A stretch of 64,000 bases of DNA from Selaginella moellendorffii (taxonomy: Eukaryota; Plantae; Lycopodiophyta). The position numbers and the translations under genes were made by a program. The notes under the pieces are model-generated. The model worked only from the letters and a program-made list of their open reading frames with translations, ran no database searches and was not told the origin of the DNA. The stretch is taken from NCBI RefSeq assembly GCF_000143415.4, contig NW_003314278.1:1748362-1812361 (forward strand), written 5' to 3'. Shown piece after piece: positions 1 through 12,234 of the stretch (the first letter of the stretch is position 1; the number at the start of each line of letters is the position of its first letter).

Positions 1-3000
1 TACATGGTACAGTTTCGTACCGAGATCTTTGTTTGAGCAGTATCGGCGAGCAGCTTATTGGTACTTCACGGCTATGGCGGGGCTGTCGCTAACGCCCTTC
101 AGTCCATACCGACCAGTCAGCGTTATTTTGCCCCTTCTCTTCGTCATTGCCCTCGGCATGGCGAGAGAGCTCTGGGAGGATGTTCGTCGAGCACGAGGGG
201 ATCGTGAGATTAATTCCAGGCCCGTGACATGTTGCACGAGAGGCACGGCACAAGTGAAGCTGTGGAGGGAGCTTCTGGTCGGAGATGTGGTCAAAGTCAA
301 GGACAAGGAGTTCTTCCCCGCAGATCTACTGCTTCTGCAATCCAGCAATTCCGATGGAGTGTGCTACGTTGAGACGAAGAACCTCGACGGGGAGACTAAC
401 TTAAAGGTGACGTCTGGCTTATTCCTTGAGTGAACAAGAGTAATCTCGTTTCTGTGGTTTGATAGGCAGGTCCGACAAGCGTCGCAAAGTACATGTCATT
501 TGGTTAGCGATGAAAGCTTCAAGGACTTTGATGCGGTTCTGAAGTGCGAGCCTCCCAACGCCTCGCTTTATACGTTCAGCGGCAGGCTGGAGTTTCCGAA
601 TGGCCAGGTTTCTCCCATGGGACCGCCGCAGGTGCTTCTCAGGGACTCCTGCCTCCAAAACACGGATTACGTATACGGGGTGGTGATTTACGCGGGACGG
701 GACACGAAAGTCATGAGAAACGCCATCAATCCACCGTCGAAACGCAGCCGCATGGACCAGAAGCTGGATCACATCATGTGGGTTATGTTTGGGATACTCT
801 TCGTCATGAGCTTGGCAACGGGTCTAGCAGGTGGCCTCTTGACGAGGTTCCGACTGTCGAGGCTGTTCTACTTCAGGCCTTTCGAGGACAATCCTTATTA
901 CAATCCCAGGAGAGCAGCCATCGCTGGTATCATCGCGTTTGTAAACGGCCTGGTGTTATATGGCTACCTTATCCCGATCTCTCTCTACGTCACGCTGGAG
1001 ATTGTCCGAGTGATCCAAGCCTTGTTTATTGGCCAGGACCTGGGCATGTACGACGAGGAGACTGACCGGCCTGCGAAAGTGAAGTCTTCCGGGTTGAACG
1101 AAGAACTTGGACAAGTGGATACCATCCTGTCCGACAAGACTGGAACGCTCACTGCCAACCAGATGGATTTTTGCAAGTGTACCATCGATGGGACTTCATA
1201 TGGGACGGGATCTACAGACGTTGAAAGAGCGTCCAAGAGGCTGGGAATACCTTTCCTGGAGGCCCACGCCGAGGATGCTGACACCAGTGATCCGGTTGTG
1301 AAGGGGTTCAACTTCCAGGACGACCGGTTGATGGATGGGAAGTGGCTGAAACAGGAGAATGCCGACAGGATTAAGCTTTTCTTCCAGACGCTCGCTCTCT
1401 GCCACACAGCGCTACCCGAGGGTGATATTGCGGATCCAAAATCTATCCAGTATCGCGCTGAGTCTCCCGATGAGACTGCTCTTGTGGTGGCGGCCCAGCA
1501 GTTTGGATATGTTTTCTACAAGAAGACCCCGACTACTCTATATGTGAGGGAGATAACTGGAACCAAAGGAGAAACTGCTGATAATGCTTACGAGCTTCTA
1601 AATGTGCTGGAGTTCAGCAGCGCCCGGAAACGCATGTCGGTGATCGTGCGCCTTCCAGGAGGTAACATCGTGCTTCTATCGAAAGGTGCTGATTCCGTGA
1701 TGCTCGACCGTTTGGATCGCCATGACGAAGAACATATATCCATAACACTGGACCACTTGCGAACTTNNNNNNNNNNNNNNNNNNNNNNNNNNNNNNNNNN
1801 NNNNNNNNNNNNNNNNNNNNNNNNNNNNNNNNNNNNNNNNNNNNNNNNNNNNNNNNNNNNNNNNNNNNNNNNNNNNNNNNNNNNNNNNNNNNNNNNNNNN
1901 NNNNNNNNNNNNNNNNNNNNNNNNNNNNNNNNNNNNNNNNNNNNNNNNNNNNNNNNNNNNNNNNNNNNNNNNNNNNNNNNNNNNNNNNNNNNNNNNNNNC
2001 AGGCAGGAATCAAAATATGGGTTCTAACGGGAGACAAGATGGAGACCGCTATTAACATTGGCTACGCATGCAGGTAAAAGGCACCGCTTTTTTCTTACAT
2101 ATCTATTTTAAATGTTCGTATGGTATTTTTTCCACAGTTTACTGCGACCCGGCATGGATAAACTCATCGTAAGCCTGGGAGGATCGTCAGTGCAGGTTCT
2201 TGACGAGAAGCTGTCGCATGGAGGATTGTCCCCGGACGAAAGAGCGAGAAGAAGAAAAGATGTATGTGTTATGAAGCCTTTCTTGGGATCAATTAACTTG
2301 TGGCAACTTTACAGGAGCTGCAAAATTTGGTTCGTCAGCAACTCGACGACGGCCTGAGAGCCTTCGAGAGCAACATTGAGCTGGATGAACTTCCACGCGG
2401 GAACTCGTCAAGTCGTCATGAAGGAGGGTCTGGCAGGTTTGCTAATATCCTTCAAAGAGACAGCGGAGGTGTCTCAAGCTTTCGATCCTTTGGAAGCCAG
2501 AACCTACAGAGAACGATGTCGAGAGATAGAAGCAGCTACACAAAGATGGACGACGCTGTGAATGATGCCTATGCACTTGTTATCGATGGTGATTCACTGG
2601 CAGTCATACTGACGGGAGATTTGCAGAACTTATTCATGGAGCTAGCTACAAAATGCTCCTCGGTTATTTGTTGTAGAGTTTCACCCAAGCAGAAGGCATT
2701 CGTGGCGAAGCTGGTAATGAAGGGATTGGGTAAAGACAGGCTTTGCCTGGCTATAGGCGACGGGGCAAACGACGTGGGAATGATCCAGGTTGCCAACGTT
2801 GGTGTAGGGATTATTGGCGTCGAAGGTGCTCAGGTAAAAAACTCTCTTGTTTTCTCTAGGGGACTAAAACCTTTGTCTGTGTTTTGATTGCAGGCTGCTA
2901 TGGCTGCCGATTTTACCATCGCAAAGTTCCGATTTTTGGAGAGACTACTCCTTGTACATGGTCATTGGTGTTATAGACGTATTTCGGTCATGGTAAGCTT

Positions 3001-3793
3001 CTCCGGTCGTAGAGTCTTTGCTGATACTCACACCCATGCATTTCGCCCTCCGCAGATTCGCTACTTTTTGTTCAAAGTCTGCCTCATAGGCTGGATTTCT
3101 GTCTACTCGAATATTTTCACGGTGTTTTCGGGCAATCCTCTCTACGACGACTGGTACGCATCCTTCTACAGCACGGTGTTCACCGCACTTCCTGTTGGAG
3201 CGGTGGGAACGACAGACCAGGACGTTTCCGCCGACGACTGCATAAGATACCCGCAGCTTTACCGAGCAGGCCAGAGGCAGCAGTACTTCAACACGAAGCT
3301 GGTGTTTCTATCTATCATCCACTCGGTCTACGCATCGCTCGTCATCTTCTTCTTCCCGGTGGCACTCTACTTGGTCTCGGCGTTCCGATCAAACGGGCAG
3401 CCAGCCGCGCTCCAGGACTTCGGAGCGGCACTCTTCACCGGACTGGTCCTGGTACCCAATCTCCAGCTCTTCACTTACGTGCACTACTTCACCTGGATCC
3501 ACCACTTCCTGATCTGGGGCAGCATTCTCGTCTGGTTTCTCTTCCTCATCGTCTACGGCTCGCTATCGCCAGAGCTATCGACCGGGGCTTTCAGGGAGTT
3601 TGTGGAAGTCTTGGCACCGTCCCCGAGCTACTGGCTGCTACAACTCTTGGTGGTGGTGGTGGCGATCTTTCCAGATGTGATCGTCCGGAGCTTCCAGTGG
3701 CTGCTCAGGCCAGCGGACTACCAGATCGTGCTGGGCTTGGCGAAGTTTAAGAGTCAGACTACCACTACCACGCCGGCTCCAACACCGGCCTAG
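1..3793 (+). CDS. P4-type ATPase phospholipid flippase (ALA family), 5'-truncated by the window, multi-exon, interrupted by an N gap at 1767-1999
   Basis: Motifs [31 protein letters not shown] (phosphorylation site), [58 protein letters not shown]; short GT-AG introns. Confidence 0.95.
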
Positions 3794-3968
3794 AGACGAT
3801 TTTTGCTTTGCCTGTGATGGATCGATGTTCTTATCGTTTCCTGTGGTCGTGATGTTTTTCCAGGGGAAGTTTTCCTATGGTCTTTAAAAACTCGAGCTTA
3901 AAATTTGAATTTGAAAGTTAATTTTAAAAATTGAATTCCCCGCGCTCTCGTTTTAGGGTTCTTGGGAG

Positions 3969-4847
3969 ATGGAGGTGATCCGGGGGCGGCAGCGCGTGAC
4001 ATTGGGCTGCGCGGTGCTGGATCAGGTCTTGGAAGGAGGATTTCCTTGCGGCGCCATCACGGAGCTCGTTGGGGAGAGCACTGCCGCCAAGACGCAGCTC
4101 GCGCTCCAGCTACTCGTCACGGTACAGTTGCCAGGGTCTCTCGGGGGATCGAATGGCTCGGCGATCTACATCCACACGGAGGGGTACTTTCCAGGTCGCC
4201 GGTTGCGGCAGCTCGCTAGCGCGTTCCAGAGTTCCAGGGGGCTAGGGTTTGATCCCTGCGACAATGTGTTCGTGGAAGCGGTTGGAACGATCCAAGAGCT
4301 GATTGCCCTCTTCGATCGCTTGGAGCAGCTCTTCGAGATGCAGCGGGAGATGCCGGTGAGGCTGCTTGTGATCGACTCCATAGCGGCATTGTTTCGCTCG
4401 GAATTCGAGAACAACAGAGCGGAGATGGTGGTCCGAGCTGCAACCCTCTTTCAGGTCTCCGCCAAGCTCAAGAGATTGGCTCACAGGTACGATGTGGCAG
4501 TCGTAGTAACGAACCAGGTGATGGATTGCATGGACGGATCCAGCGGCATCCAGATAGGAAATCTTGCGGAGCTTGTATCGTCTCGGAGAAGGGTGGCTCC
4601 AGCGTTGGGTTTAGCGTGGGGGCATTGCATCAACATCAGGATTTTTCTATCAAGGAGCCAGGAATTCCTGGAAGCTACAGCCAAGCGTCCAAAGCTGGAC
4701 CACCAAGATGTGGCCGAAGTTTCGAAGAGTACAAAGAGGGAGTTACACGTTTTGTTCGCTCCACACTTACCTTACAGGTCGTGCGAGTTTGTCGTCAATC
4801 AAAGTGGCATTCACGGAGTACTCGACGATGACAGAGAAAATGCGTGA
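3969..4847 (+). CDS. XRCC3: RAD51 paralog XRCC3, intronless
   Basis: TLGCAVLDQVLEGG..ITELVGE, YIHTEGYFP.RRL.QL, Walker B LLVIDSIAALFR, AVVVTNQV, PALGLAW, APHLP: typical plant XRCC3. Confidence 0.9.
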   Translation: MEVIRGRQRVTLGCAVLDQVLEGGFPCGAITELVGESTAAKTQLALQLLVTVQLPGSLGGSNGSAIYIHTEGYFPGRRLRQLASAFQSSRGLGFDPCDNVFVEAVGTIQELIALFDRLEQLFEMQREMPVRLLVIDSIAALFRSEFENNRAEMVVRAATLFQVSAKLKRLAHRYDVAVVVTNQVMDCMDGSSGIQIGNLAELVSSRRRVAPALGLAWGHCINIRIFLSRSQEFLEATAKRPKLDHQDVAEVSKSTKRELHVLFAPHLPYRSCEFVVNQSGIHGVLDDDRENA

Positions 4848-4910
4848 TTCTTTATCTTTCTTGCGACGACACGGGTAAGCACTTCCAGTTAAACGCTTTC
4901 TATGTTCATC

Positions 4911-6316
4911 CTAACTTTGCAGTTTTACAGTGCTTGTTTTTTGCATGGCTGCTACGAAGGCTTGCAGATTCTTCGTACTTGAGCCTTCTCGTTTTAGAGC
5001 TTCCACGCATGCGGTGCTCAGCACCTCGACCTTTTTCCTCGGGACACTTTCGGCCAGCATAATCTTGCGTATCATTTCTTCTATATCTTTTGCAGTAGGC
5101 CCAATACTGGTGTTATACGCATGGTACCCGACTTGCCACCGATCCACTGCGAATAAGCAATTTAACTTCTGCTCTGCAAAACATGGCCATCCTAGAACTG
5201 GAACACCTGAAACTATAGCTTCCATCAGCGAGTTCCATCCACAGTGCGTCAGAAATGCAGCGATGGAGCTATGCTGCAAAACCTTCATCTGAGGAGCCCA
5301 GGTAACAAACATGCCCCGCTTGTTATGCTTGAACCTCTGCTGAAGAAACTCACTGTTTTCCTCTATCAGGTCCAAGCGAGCAACCCACAGGAATGCGTAC
5401 TCACTTTGTTCCAAACCGTCGGCAAGCTCCTGAGTGTCGTTCAAAGAGAGAGTTGCCAGACTTCCAAAGGATATGTAGAGAACGGACTGAGGTGGCTGCT
5501 GGTCGAGCCAATTCATGCAGCCGAGTTCTTGCTCCCACACAGAGCGACTATACTCTTTTGAAGGTATGAATGGCCCAGCAGCCACAATGCTTGTAAACTT
5601 CTTATGAAGCTGATCAAATTGTTCCTTTTCAAGGTCGTCAAAGGAATTTACTAGTGCCCACGCGTCACTGTTGTCGATGGACATTCGGTGCCTGATATGG
5701 TCTTCATGGCCATCTAAGAACCTAGAAGGAAGGTAGTGTGCAGGAATCGGAGGGAGCCCGGGGATACCGTCTAAAGTTCCTCCTGAAAAGGTGAGAAAAT
5801 ATTATTCTGTTTTTTAGATTTCGCCTGCTAGTCATGCTTACCATCTTCCAGATTCTCTCGAAGGAAAGGAATGTAGCAGGATATCAACGCGAATGTTGCA
5901 GAAGACGTCCAGAAGCATGCTCGGCTGAACCCAAACTTTTGAGCAACATCTCGCGTCCAGTAGAAAAAGGCATCCGATATAATGCAAGTGATAGTCGGAG
6001 CTGACAGATCTCCCATAAGCTGCTCAACTATCTTCTCAACTTCGTCTCTCATCGACGTTGCGGCAGTGTCAAGAAACAGCTCCAGGTGGCTCAGCAACTT
6101 GGCTTGAGGTAGGCAGTCATCTGGGACACTTACAAATCTCAAGCTATCAGCTTCGCAGTTGGACTTCAGGATCTTATCGTGGTTGCTTCTCGTGTTGACG
6201 AAAGTAACGAGGACTCCCATGGAAGCAAGACGGTCGCTGAGGTGCAGCATCGGATTAATGTGGCCCTGTGCCGGGAATGGGACTACCAAAACATGAACAT
6301 TCGAGACGGAAGCCAT
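4911..6316 (-). CDS. Family 1 UDP-glycosyltransferase, two exons (intron ~5782-5841)
   Basis: N-terminal HVLVVPFPAQGHINPML; PSPG box WAPQMKVLQHSSIAAFLTHCGWNSLMEAIVSGVPVLGWPCFAEQ. Confidence 0.93.
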
Positions 6317-6371
6317 CGAGCAGAAACTTGGAGGTAAGCCTAAGTTTGAACTTTTATTTTTAGCTAAGGAC

Positions 6372-7862
6372 ATGCAGCGCAGATTTTACGTGGAGCTGAT
6401 AGATAAATGTGGGAACTTGGCCGTGGCCGCCGACATTCACGAGCAAATCCAGCGCGCCCTTGTGGACAAAGAAGACGTCTTCTTCCATAACAAACTGGTT
6501 CACATGTATGGCAAGCTTGGAAGCGTGGGACACGCCCGACAGGTCTTCGACGCAATCAGAACGAAGAATCTCTTTTCTTGGATCGTCATGCTGACAGTCT
6601 ACTCCCAGAACGGGTTCGTCGAGCACGCCAAAGCCATCTTCGACCAGATGCCGTTCGTCACCGTGGTTGCTTGGAACGCGCTGCTAGCGGCTTATGCCAC
6701 AAACGGGTATCTCCGAGAGGCCAGGGAACTCTTTTCAACGATGCCAGAGCTCAGTATGGTTTCGTCAACGTGCATGCTGGGAGTTTTCTCCGAGATTCAG
6801 GACTTTTCCAGGTGCTGGGAAGTAATTCATGAGATGGAAGAGCGAGATATAGTCTCCTGGAATTCACTGCTATCGGCTTACGTCCGGAATGGGCTTTTGA
6901 AAGAGGCGAAGCAGGTATTCTCTTCAATGCCGGAGTGGGATTTAGTCTCATTCAACACTATGCTAGCCTCGAGCCTGGAAGACAGCAGCAGCAGTGGTTT
7001 GTCGGAGACACTAGAAGTCTTCACTACGATGCCCGAGCAGGATATAATCTCCTGGACAACTGTTCTTTCAGCTTATGCCCGTGAAGGTCGTCTCGAGGAG
7101 TCGAAAGCACACTTTGACAGGATGCCGCTTTGGAATCTCCCGTCCTCCAATGCAATGCTGGCCCTCTACTGCAACTGTGGCAAGTTTGACGACGCAGTGG
7201 GATTTTTCGCGTGTATGCCCGAGAAGGACTTGCTCTCATGGACGTCGATGCTCCTGGCATATGCTCGGAACGGGCATCTCGGGCGTGCGAGAGATTTCTT
7301 CTACAGCATGCCAGGCCGGGACGTGATCTCCCGGAACGCAATGCTGACGGCCTACATTCGCAATGGCGATATCAAGTCAGCCAAGAGGTTCTTTGACGCT
7401 CTTCCGGAAACGACCCCATCGTCGTGGAACTCCATGCTCGCCGCTTCCAACGCCAGCAGCGTTTTGCAGCTCGCCGGCGAGATCAGCCTCGCTCATGCTC
7501 CCGACGCAGAGAGCTTCGTCTCCATCCTCATCGCCGTGACGCACTTGGGCAAAGTTGACGAAGGCCGGCGCTACTTCATCTCCATGACGCTCGACTTTGG
7601 GATCCAACCGACGAAGCAACACTACCTCTGCATGGTCGACCTCCTGAGCCGAGCCGGGCATATCGAAAAGGCCCAAGATCTCGTCGCCAACATGCCTTTT
7701 TCGCATGGGACTTTGAAATGGAGATGCTTTCTCACGGCATCCAGGAGCACCTCTCCACGCATGCTCGCAGCTGCTAGAAGCATTCTTGAAACCGGAAAAG
7801 GTGGTGGAGCTGAGACATACGTGCTACTAGCAAATGCCGCGACGGTACCAAAGGCAAGGTAA
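6372..7862 (+). CDS. PLS-class PPR protein with short ~31-aa repeats and an E-like C-terminus, no DYW
   Basis: Repeats such as DIVSWNSLLSAYVRNGLLKEAKQVFSSMPE; C-terminal HYLCMVDLLSRAG...MPF; intronless. Confidence 0.9.
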   Translation: MQRRFYVELIDKCGNLAVAADIHEQIQRALVDKEDVFFHNKLVHMYGKLGSVGHARQVFDAIRTKNLFSWIVMLTVYSQNGFVEHAKAIFDQMPFVTVVAWNALLAAYATNGYLREARELFSTMPELSMVSSTCMLGVFSEIQDFSRCWEVIHEMEERDIVSWNSLLSAYVRNGLLKEAKQVFSSMPEWDLVSFNTMLASSLEDSSSSGLSETLEVFTTMPEQDIISWTTVLSAYAREGRLEESKAHFDRMPLWNLPSSNAMLALYCNCGKFDDAVGFFACMPEKDLLSWTSMLLAYARNGHLGRARDFFYSMPGRDVISRNAMLTAYIRNGDIKSAKRFFDALPETTPSSWNSMLAASNASSVLQLAGEISLAHAPDAESFVSILIAVTHLGKVDEGRRYFISMTLDFGIQPTKQHYLCMVDLLSRAGHIEKAQDLVANMPFSHGTLKWRCFLTASRSTSPRMLAAARSILETGKGGGAETYVLLANAATVPKAR

Positions 7863-7908
7863 CGTTTTGTGTGAATTGTTCGCTTGATACAAAGTTTTCT
7901 AACTGGAG

Positions 7909-8685
7909 CTATGCCTTATGGTTCTTTTTCCGGAATGTCAGATAGTATTTGTTAGTGTACGAATCGCGGAAGAACGAGACCTCGTCCCCGTGACGCAGCC
8001 CATTATGATTGACGTAGCTGATCCATCCGGTGGTGAAGACATTGCCTTGGCTGCTACACCAGTGCGTGTACTTAAACTTCCAAGTTCTTCCACTCTCGTC
8101 CTCGAACGCAAGTATTACAAACCGGTTGCCATCCTCACCGCTGCTACTTCCTCTCGTCCTTGCCGCGGAAGGGGAGGCGGAGGGCTCTCCATTCCCGGCC
8201 ATGACAAGCGGGAAGCAGCGCTCGGCGTCCTTCTTGGAGACGAGCAGCCGGTTGAGCTTGCTGGTGTCGCTCCTTGTGAGAACTTTGGTGAAGAGGTGCT
8301 CCCTGGTGCTCCTTGGATCCGGCCGCTGATCGCTGCTGGAGGAGCCGAGACACCCCCGCTTTGGAAGATTATCAAAGTCGTGGGGATCAGCTGGCGAGCG
8401 AGACCTTTTGCGTGTTGCTTTTGGAGGCGGTGGTGGCGGGGCTTCTTCTCCGACTCCCAGGCTCAGCCACCTCGAGCAATCCAGCTCTGCTTCGCTCGTC
8501 AAGTATTTGCTGCTTGGAAGCGAGAAGGCTGGCACCATTTCCATCCATTTGAGCAAATCTTTGGTCTGGAACTCCACTGCTGGCACTGGTAGTAGATTTG
8601 ATGGCTGCTCGCCCTCTTGTTTATCTTCGTCTTTGTAATCCTGCTGCTGCAGCCACTGCTCTTCCAAATGTTCTTCACTCGCCAT
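7909..8685 (-). CDS. B3-domain transcription factor (RAV/NGA-like B3)
   Basis: REHLFTKVLTRSDTSKLNRLLVSKKDAERCFP ... FEDESGRTWKFKYTHW..SQ..VFTTGW..YV...GLRHGDEVSFFRD. Confidence 0.88.
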   Translation of the reverse strand: MASEEHLEEQWLQQQDYKDEDKQEGEQPSNLLPVPAVEFQTKDLLKWMEMVPAFSLPSSKYLTSEAELDCSRWLSLGVGEEAPPPPPPKATRKRSRSPADPHDFDNLPKRGCLGSSSSDQRPDPRSTREHLFTKVLTRSDTSKLNRLLVSKKDAERCFPLVMAGNGEPSASPSAARTRGSSSGEDGNRFVILAFEDESGRTWKFKYTHWCSSQGNVFTTGWISYVNHNGLRHGDEVSFFRDSYTNKYYLTFRKKNHKA

Positions 8686-8912
8686 CCTCAAGATATAACA
8701 CTGAAACTACTTTGGAATCTCATATCGAGAGTTTCCAAACAAGTTTGATCAAGCATATTACTTGCAGTATGTTCCTGTTATCTCCATTTTATCTCTCGAG
8801 GCTCTATTTCTAATGGTCAGCCGCTTATGGCTCTTCTTTCTGAGCGGGAATGGGAGGGAATATGCTTCAAATTTTCAACACGAAAGAATGCGGGTTTTAC
8901 AGGATTTCATTT

Positions 8913-9978
8913 TCATTCTAGTAGCTTGTTGTAAGTTAGAACGCTCACAGCGGCGACCAGATGCCACGCGGCGTGGAGATACGGAGTCCGTGGATAGAGA
9001 CCATCTGCGAGGAACAATGTGGCTCCGGCGAGCGAGGAAATGGTGTGGAGATTGTGAGCTGGCTTGAGAAGAGGCTGTGTTTGCACGCGCCTTGCGAAAG
9101 TGGCCTAGTCGAAAAAATCAGAATCGATCGATAAGTCGAGCTAGAAAACTTCGCACCTCGGTAAGTCCAGTGTGAAGAATGGTCACGAGGAATGGTTGAA
9201 ACGGGGCGAGAGCTGCAGAGCAGACGAACAATCCTTTCCAGTTCTCGGATTGTAGAAGAGCTCTTGATAGACACTGAGAGATCCAAAAAACCTTGCCATG
9301 AGCAAAGATTGAGGAAAAGTTTACCAGAGCTGAGGTTGCGATCATGGTGTAGTCTCCGCGCCTTAGAAGTTGTCGAGATTTTCCTCTCGATGCGTGGTAC
9401 AAGCTCGAGGCAACTCCAACACCGATCAAGGAATCGGCATAGAACTTGCTCACAGTCTTCTTTCTGCGAGCAAAGTGTTATGCTCTCAATACAATGGATG
9501 GAATTCATAGCTAACCTTGGCGCTTGCAATCCAACAAAGATGAAGGGTAACGAAGTCACGACGTTAGCAATTGTCTCGAGAAAGCAGTGATCATCTGCGT
9601 TAGTGGAGAAATCCAAGTTCTCGATCACGAAGGCTATTTCTAAAACTGACCGCGCTTATGTTTCGAAAGAGGACGTAACCAGCAAAGCCACACGCGCCTC
9701 ACAGGCTGTGCTCGCGATTTCAGGCGCTCCATCGTCCTGTTCTTACACCCATTTCCATAAACCAGGGAAAGCTCTAGATGTTTCGATCCATTCACATACC
9801 ATTCCTCGTCCTCGCTTGAAGCAACAGAGTGCTCGAGGCGAACACCACGGAGCCCTTCAAACACCATTCTCAGAGAAGAGAGGAGTGAAAACGATCACTC
9901 CACTATGACACCGTGAAAAAAAATGCAAACGTACCAAAGTGGAGCTCGCAGAAGCATATCCAAAGATCCGACTCCATG
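8913..9978 (-). CDS. CREST-superfamily (alkaline ceramidase-like) multi-pass membrane protein, multi-exon; start uncertain
   Basis: Spliced translation gives ETIANVVTSLPF, GVASSLYH (SxxxH), RGDYTMIAT and a last exon with YLHAAWHLVAA (HxxxH) ending NKLLE*. Confidence 0.7.
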
Positions 9979-10044
9979 AAACGAATATTCAACCGCTGGA
10001 GATACGGATCTTCCACTATTCGTTGACTAATTGGTCTAGACCGG

Positions 10045-12234
10045 TCAAAGTACTAGTCTCGCCAGGGAAATGTAATGGCCGCTGTGGGTAGAGTCGATCT
10101 CTAGCAGCCCACGAGCCGCTCGCTCCCCCCTTGTCCAATCCCTGTGCCAGTTACAAGCGCTTAGAATCGAAGTAGTGGTCACTGGATTCACTGGAAATGG
10201 CATTGAAGCCAGGAGCTCCTCGGCCTCCTCCAAATGCCCAGCCCTCGCAAGAGCGTCCACCATCGCGCTGTAGTGCTCCCTCGATGGCCTCACGCCATGA
10301 TCCGCCGCCATGGATTGGAATACCCGTGCCGCCTCCTCGATCATCCCCGCGCCGCCACACAGTGCCAATGCGCTTGTGAAGGCGATCTCGTTGGGGGCAA
10401 TTCCTTCTTGCCCCAGTCGACGCCACAAGGTGATGCCCTCTTCAGCACGACCGTTTTGGGCATATCCACCCAGCATCGCCGCCCAAGAGAGCAGACACTT
10501 ATGAGGAATGCCGTCAAAAGTTTCCTTTGCTCGCAGCAAATGCCCGGTTTGGGCATATGCAGTCACCATGGCGTTCCACGGCATAGAATCTCTCATGGGC
10601 ATCTTCTGGAAGACCAACAGGGCCTCATTAATTTTCTTATTGGCCAATGCTAACGCAGCTATCATGACTGTCCAGCAGACGTTACTCCGGTGTGGTAGCC
10701 GGTCAAAAAGTGCCTTGGTCTCGTCAATGTGCCTGTTTTGAGCATATCCCGCCAGCATTGTGGCCGCTGAGAAGGCATCTTGCTGTGGCATCCTTTCAAA
10801 CACGGTTTGGGATTCCTGGACTTGACCGGCCTGGAAATACGCTTGCAACAGTGCAGTCCACGACGTGATGTCTCTGGTCAAGGCCTGCCCGTAAAACACC
10901 TCTTTGAACGCTTCCAAGTCATTGTACTGGAGAAAACCATTCAACATCGTATTCCACATTACCCTGTCGTGCATTGGCGCTTTGTCAAACAGCAGCTTCC
11001 CAGGATCTATATGCCCTCTTTGGGCATACGCTGATAACATAGACGTCCAGGCGGCAACACTCCTTCCCTCCATTTTGAAGAACACTCCTTCTGCCTCCTC
11101 TGAATTTCCACAGTTAACGTAGCCTTGCAAGAGAGAGTGCCAAGTTGACGGATGCCACTGTGGCATTTTTCTGACTGTAGATTCAAGCTCAGCAAGGTAC
11201 CCATTACGGGCATATCCTGCGGCCATGGATACCCAAGCTAATGTGTCTCTCTCCGGCAGTATCTCAAACCATCTTCTTGCTTCGTGAAGGCGTCCATCCT
11301 GCACGCACGCTACTGCTATTAAACTTACTACGCTGGAGCTCCAACAAGGTGACAGCTCAAGCGAAGATTTTGCATCATCCAGGCGAGAGTTCGAGCAGAA
11401 TGCCCCGATCAACCCTGCCCAAGTTACCAGTGATCGATCACCCGGCATCGTGTCAAAAAGATGCTTTGCTTGGCCCAAATCCTCTCCTTTCTGCCCCACT
11501 GCAGCAATCATGGTGTTCCATGCAACAGAGTTGCGCTGCGGCATCTGAGAGAACACTTCCCGTGCGTGATCTATGCTTCCAAAGTCGCACACTGCTGCCA
11601 AGAGCGCGTTCCAGGAGACGCAGCTCCATTCCGGCATCAAACAGAAAATCGCCGTTGCTTCCTCCAGATGCCCTGCTTGGGCATATGCATGTAAGATAGA
11701 GTTCCAAGAAACTACGTCGTGTTCTGGGCTCTGAGAGAAGAATGTCAATGCCTCATCAACCGCTCCGCCCTTGACCACCCCTGCCAGAATCGAGTTGAAC
11801 GTCACAACATCTACCATAGGCATCCTCTGGAAGATGATATGCGCTTCTTCGATATGCCCTGCTTGCGTATACGCTCCAACCATGGTGTTGCAGACCACGA
11901 CATTGAGCGTGGGCATCGAATCGAAAACGGCCTTTGCCTCTGCAGTGGATCCAATCTGCGCAAACCCGAGGAGCAAAATACTGCATGAAACGAAGTCCCT
12001 GTCAGCCATAGAAGCAAAGACCGCCGACGCCGCTTCCAGATCCCCGCATTTGGCATAAAGCTGGAGGATGATCTTGGCGAGGTATTTGCTGCCACCGAAG
12101 TTCTCTCGCAAGATCTGGGCATGGAGACGCCGCCCTTGGAGCAGATCCCTGGACCTGATGCACTCATAGAGGAGGCGAGCCAATTCCGCAATCCCAGGGC
12201 TTCGAGCACAGAATATACTCGACTGTTTCAGCAT
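10045..12234 (-). CDS. PLS-class PPR protein with E domain, no DYW
   Basis: About 20 PPR repeats; C-terminal REHYSAMVDALARAGHLEEAEELLASMPF...SGHYISLA. Confidence 0.92.
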   Translation of the reverse strand: MLKQSSIFCARSPGIAELARLLYECIRSRDLLQGRRLHAQILRENFGGSKYLAKIILQLYAKCGDLEAASAVFASMADRDFVSCSILLLGFAQIGSTAEAKAVFDSMPTLNVVVCNTMVGAYTQAGHIEEAHIIFQRMPMVDVVTFNSILAGVVKGGAVDEALTFFSQSPEHDVVSWNSILHAYAQAGHLEEATAIFCLMPEWSCVSWNALLAAVCDFGSIDHAREVFSQMPQRNSVAWNTMIAAVGQKGEDLGQAKHLFDTMPGDRSLVTWAGLIGAFCSNSRLDDAKSSLELSPCWSSSVVSLIAVACVQDGRLHEARRWFEILPERDTLAWVSMAAGYARNGYLAELESTVRKMPQWHPSTWHSLLQGYVNCGNSEEAEGVFFKMEGRSVAAWTSMLSAYAQRGHIDPGKLLFDKAPMHDRVMWNTMLNGFLQYNDLEAFKEVFYGQALTRDITSWTALLQAYFQAGQVQESQTVFERMPQQDAFSAATMLAGYAQNRHIDETKALFDRLPHRSNVCWTVMIAALALANKKINEALLVFQKMPMRDSMPWNAMVTAYAQTGHLLRAKETFDGIPHKCLLSWAAMLGGYAQNGRAEEGITLWRRLGQEGIAPNEIAFTSALALCGGAGMIEEAARVFQSMAADHGVRPSREHYSAMVDALARAGHLEEAEELLASMPFPVNPVTTTSILSACNWHRDWTRGERAARGLLEIDSTHSGHYISLARLVL

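Noticed and set aside
1767-1999. X run in the P4-ATPase
   Set aside because: Assembly gap, not biology
7918-8592. 224-aa + strand ORF
   Set aside because: Antisense shadow of the B3 gene with no recognisable motifs
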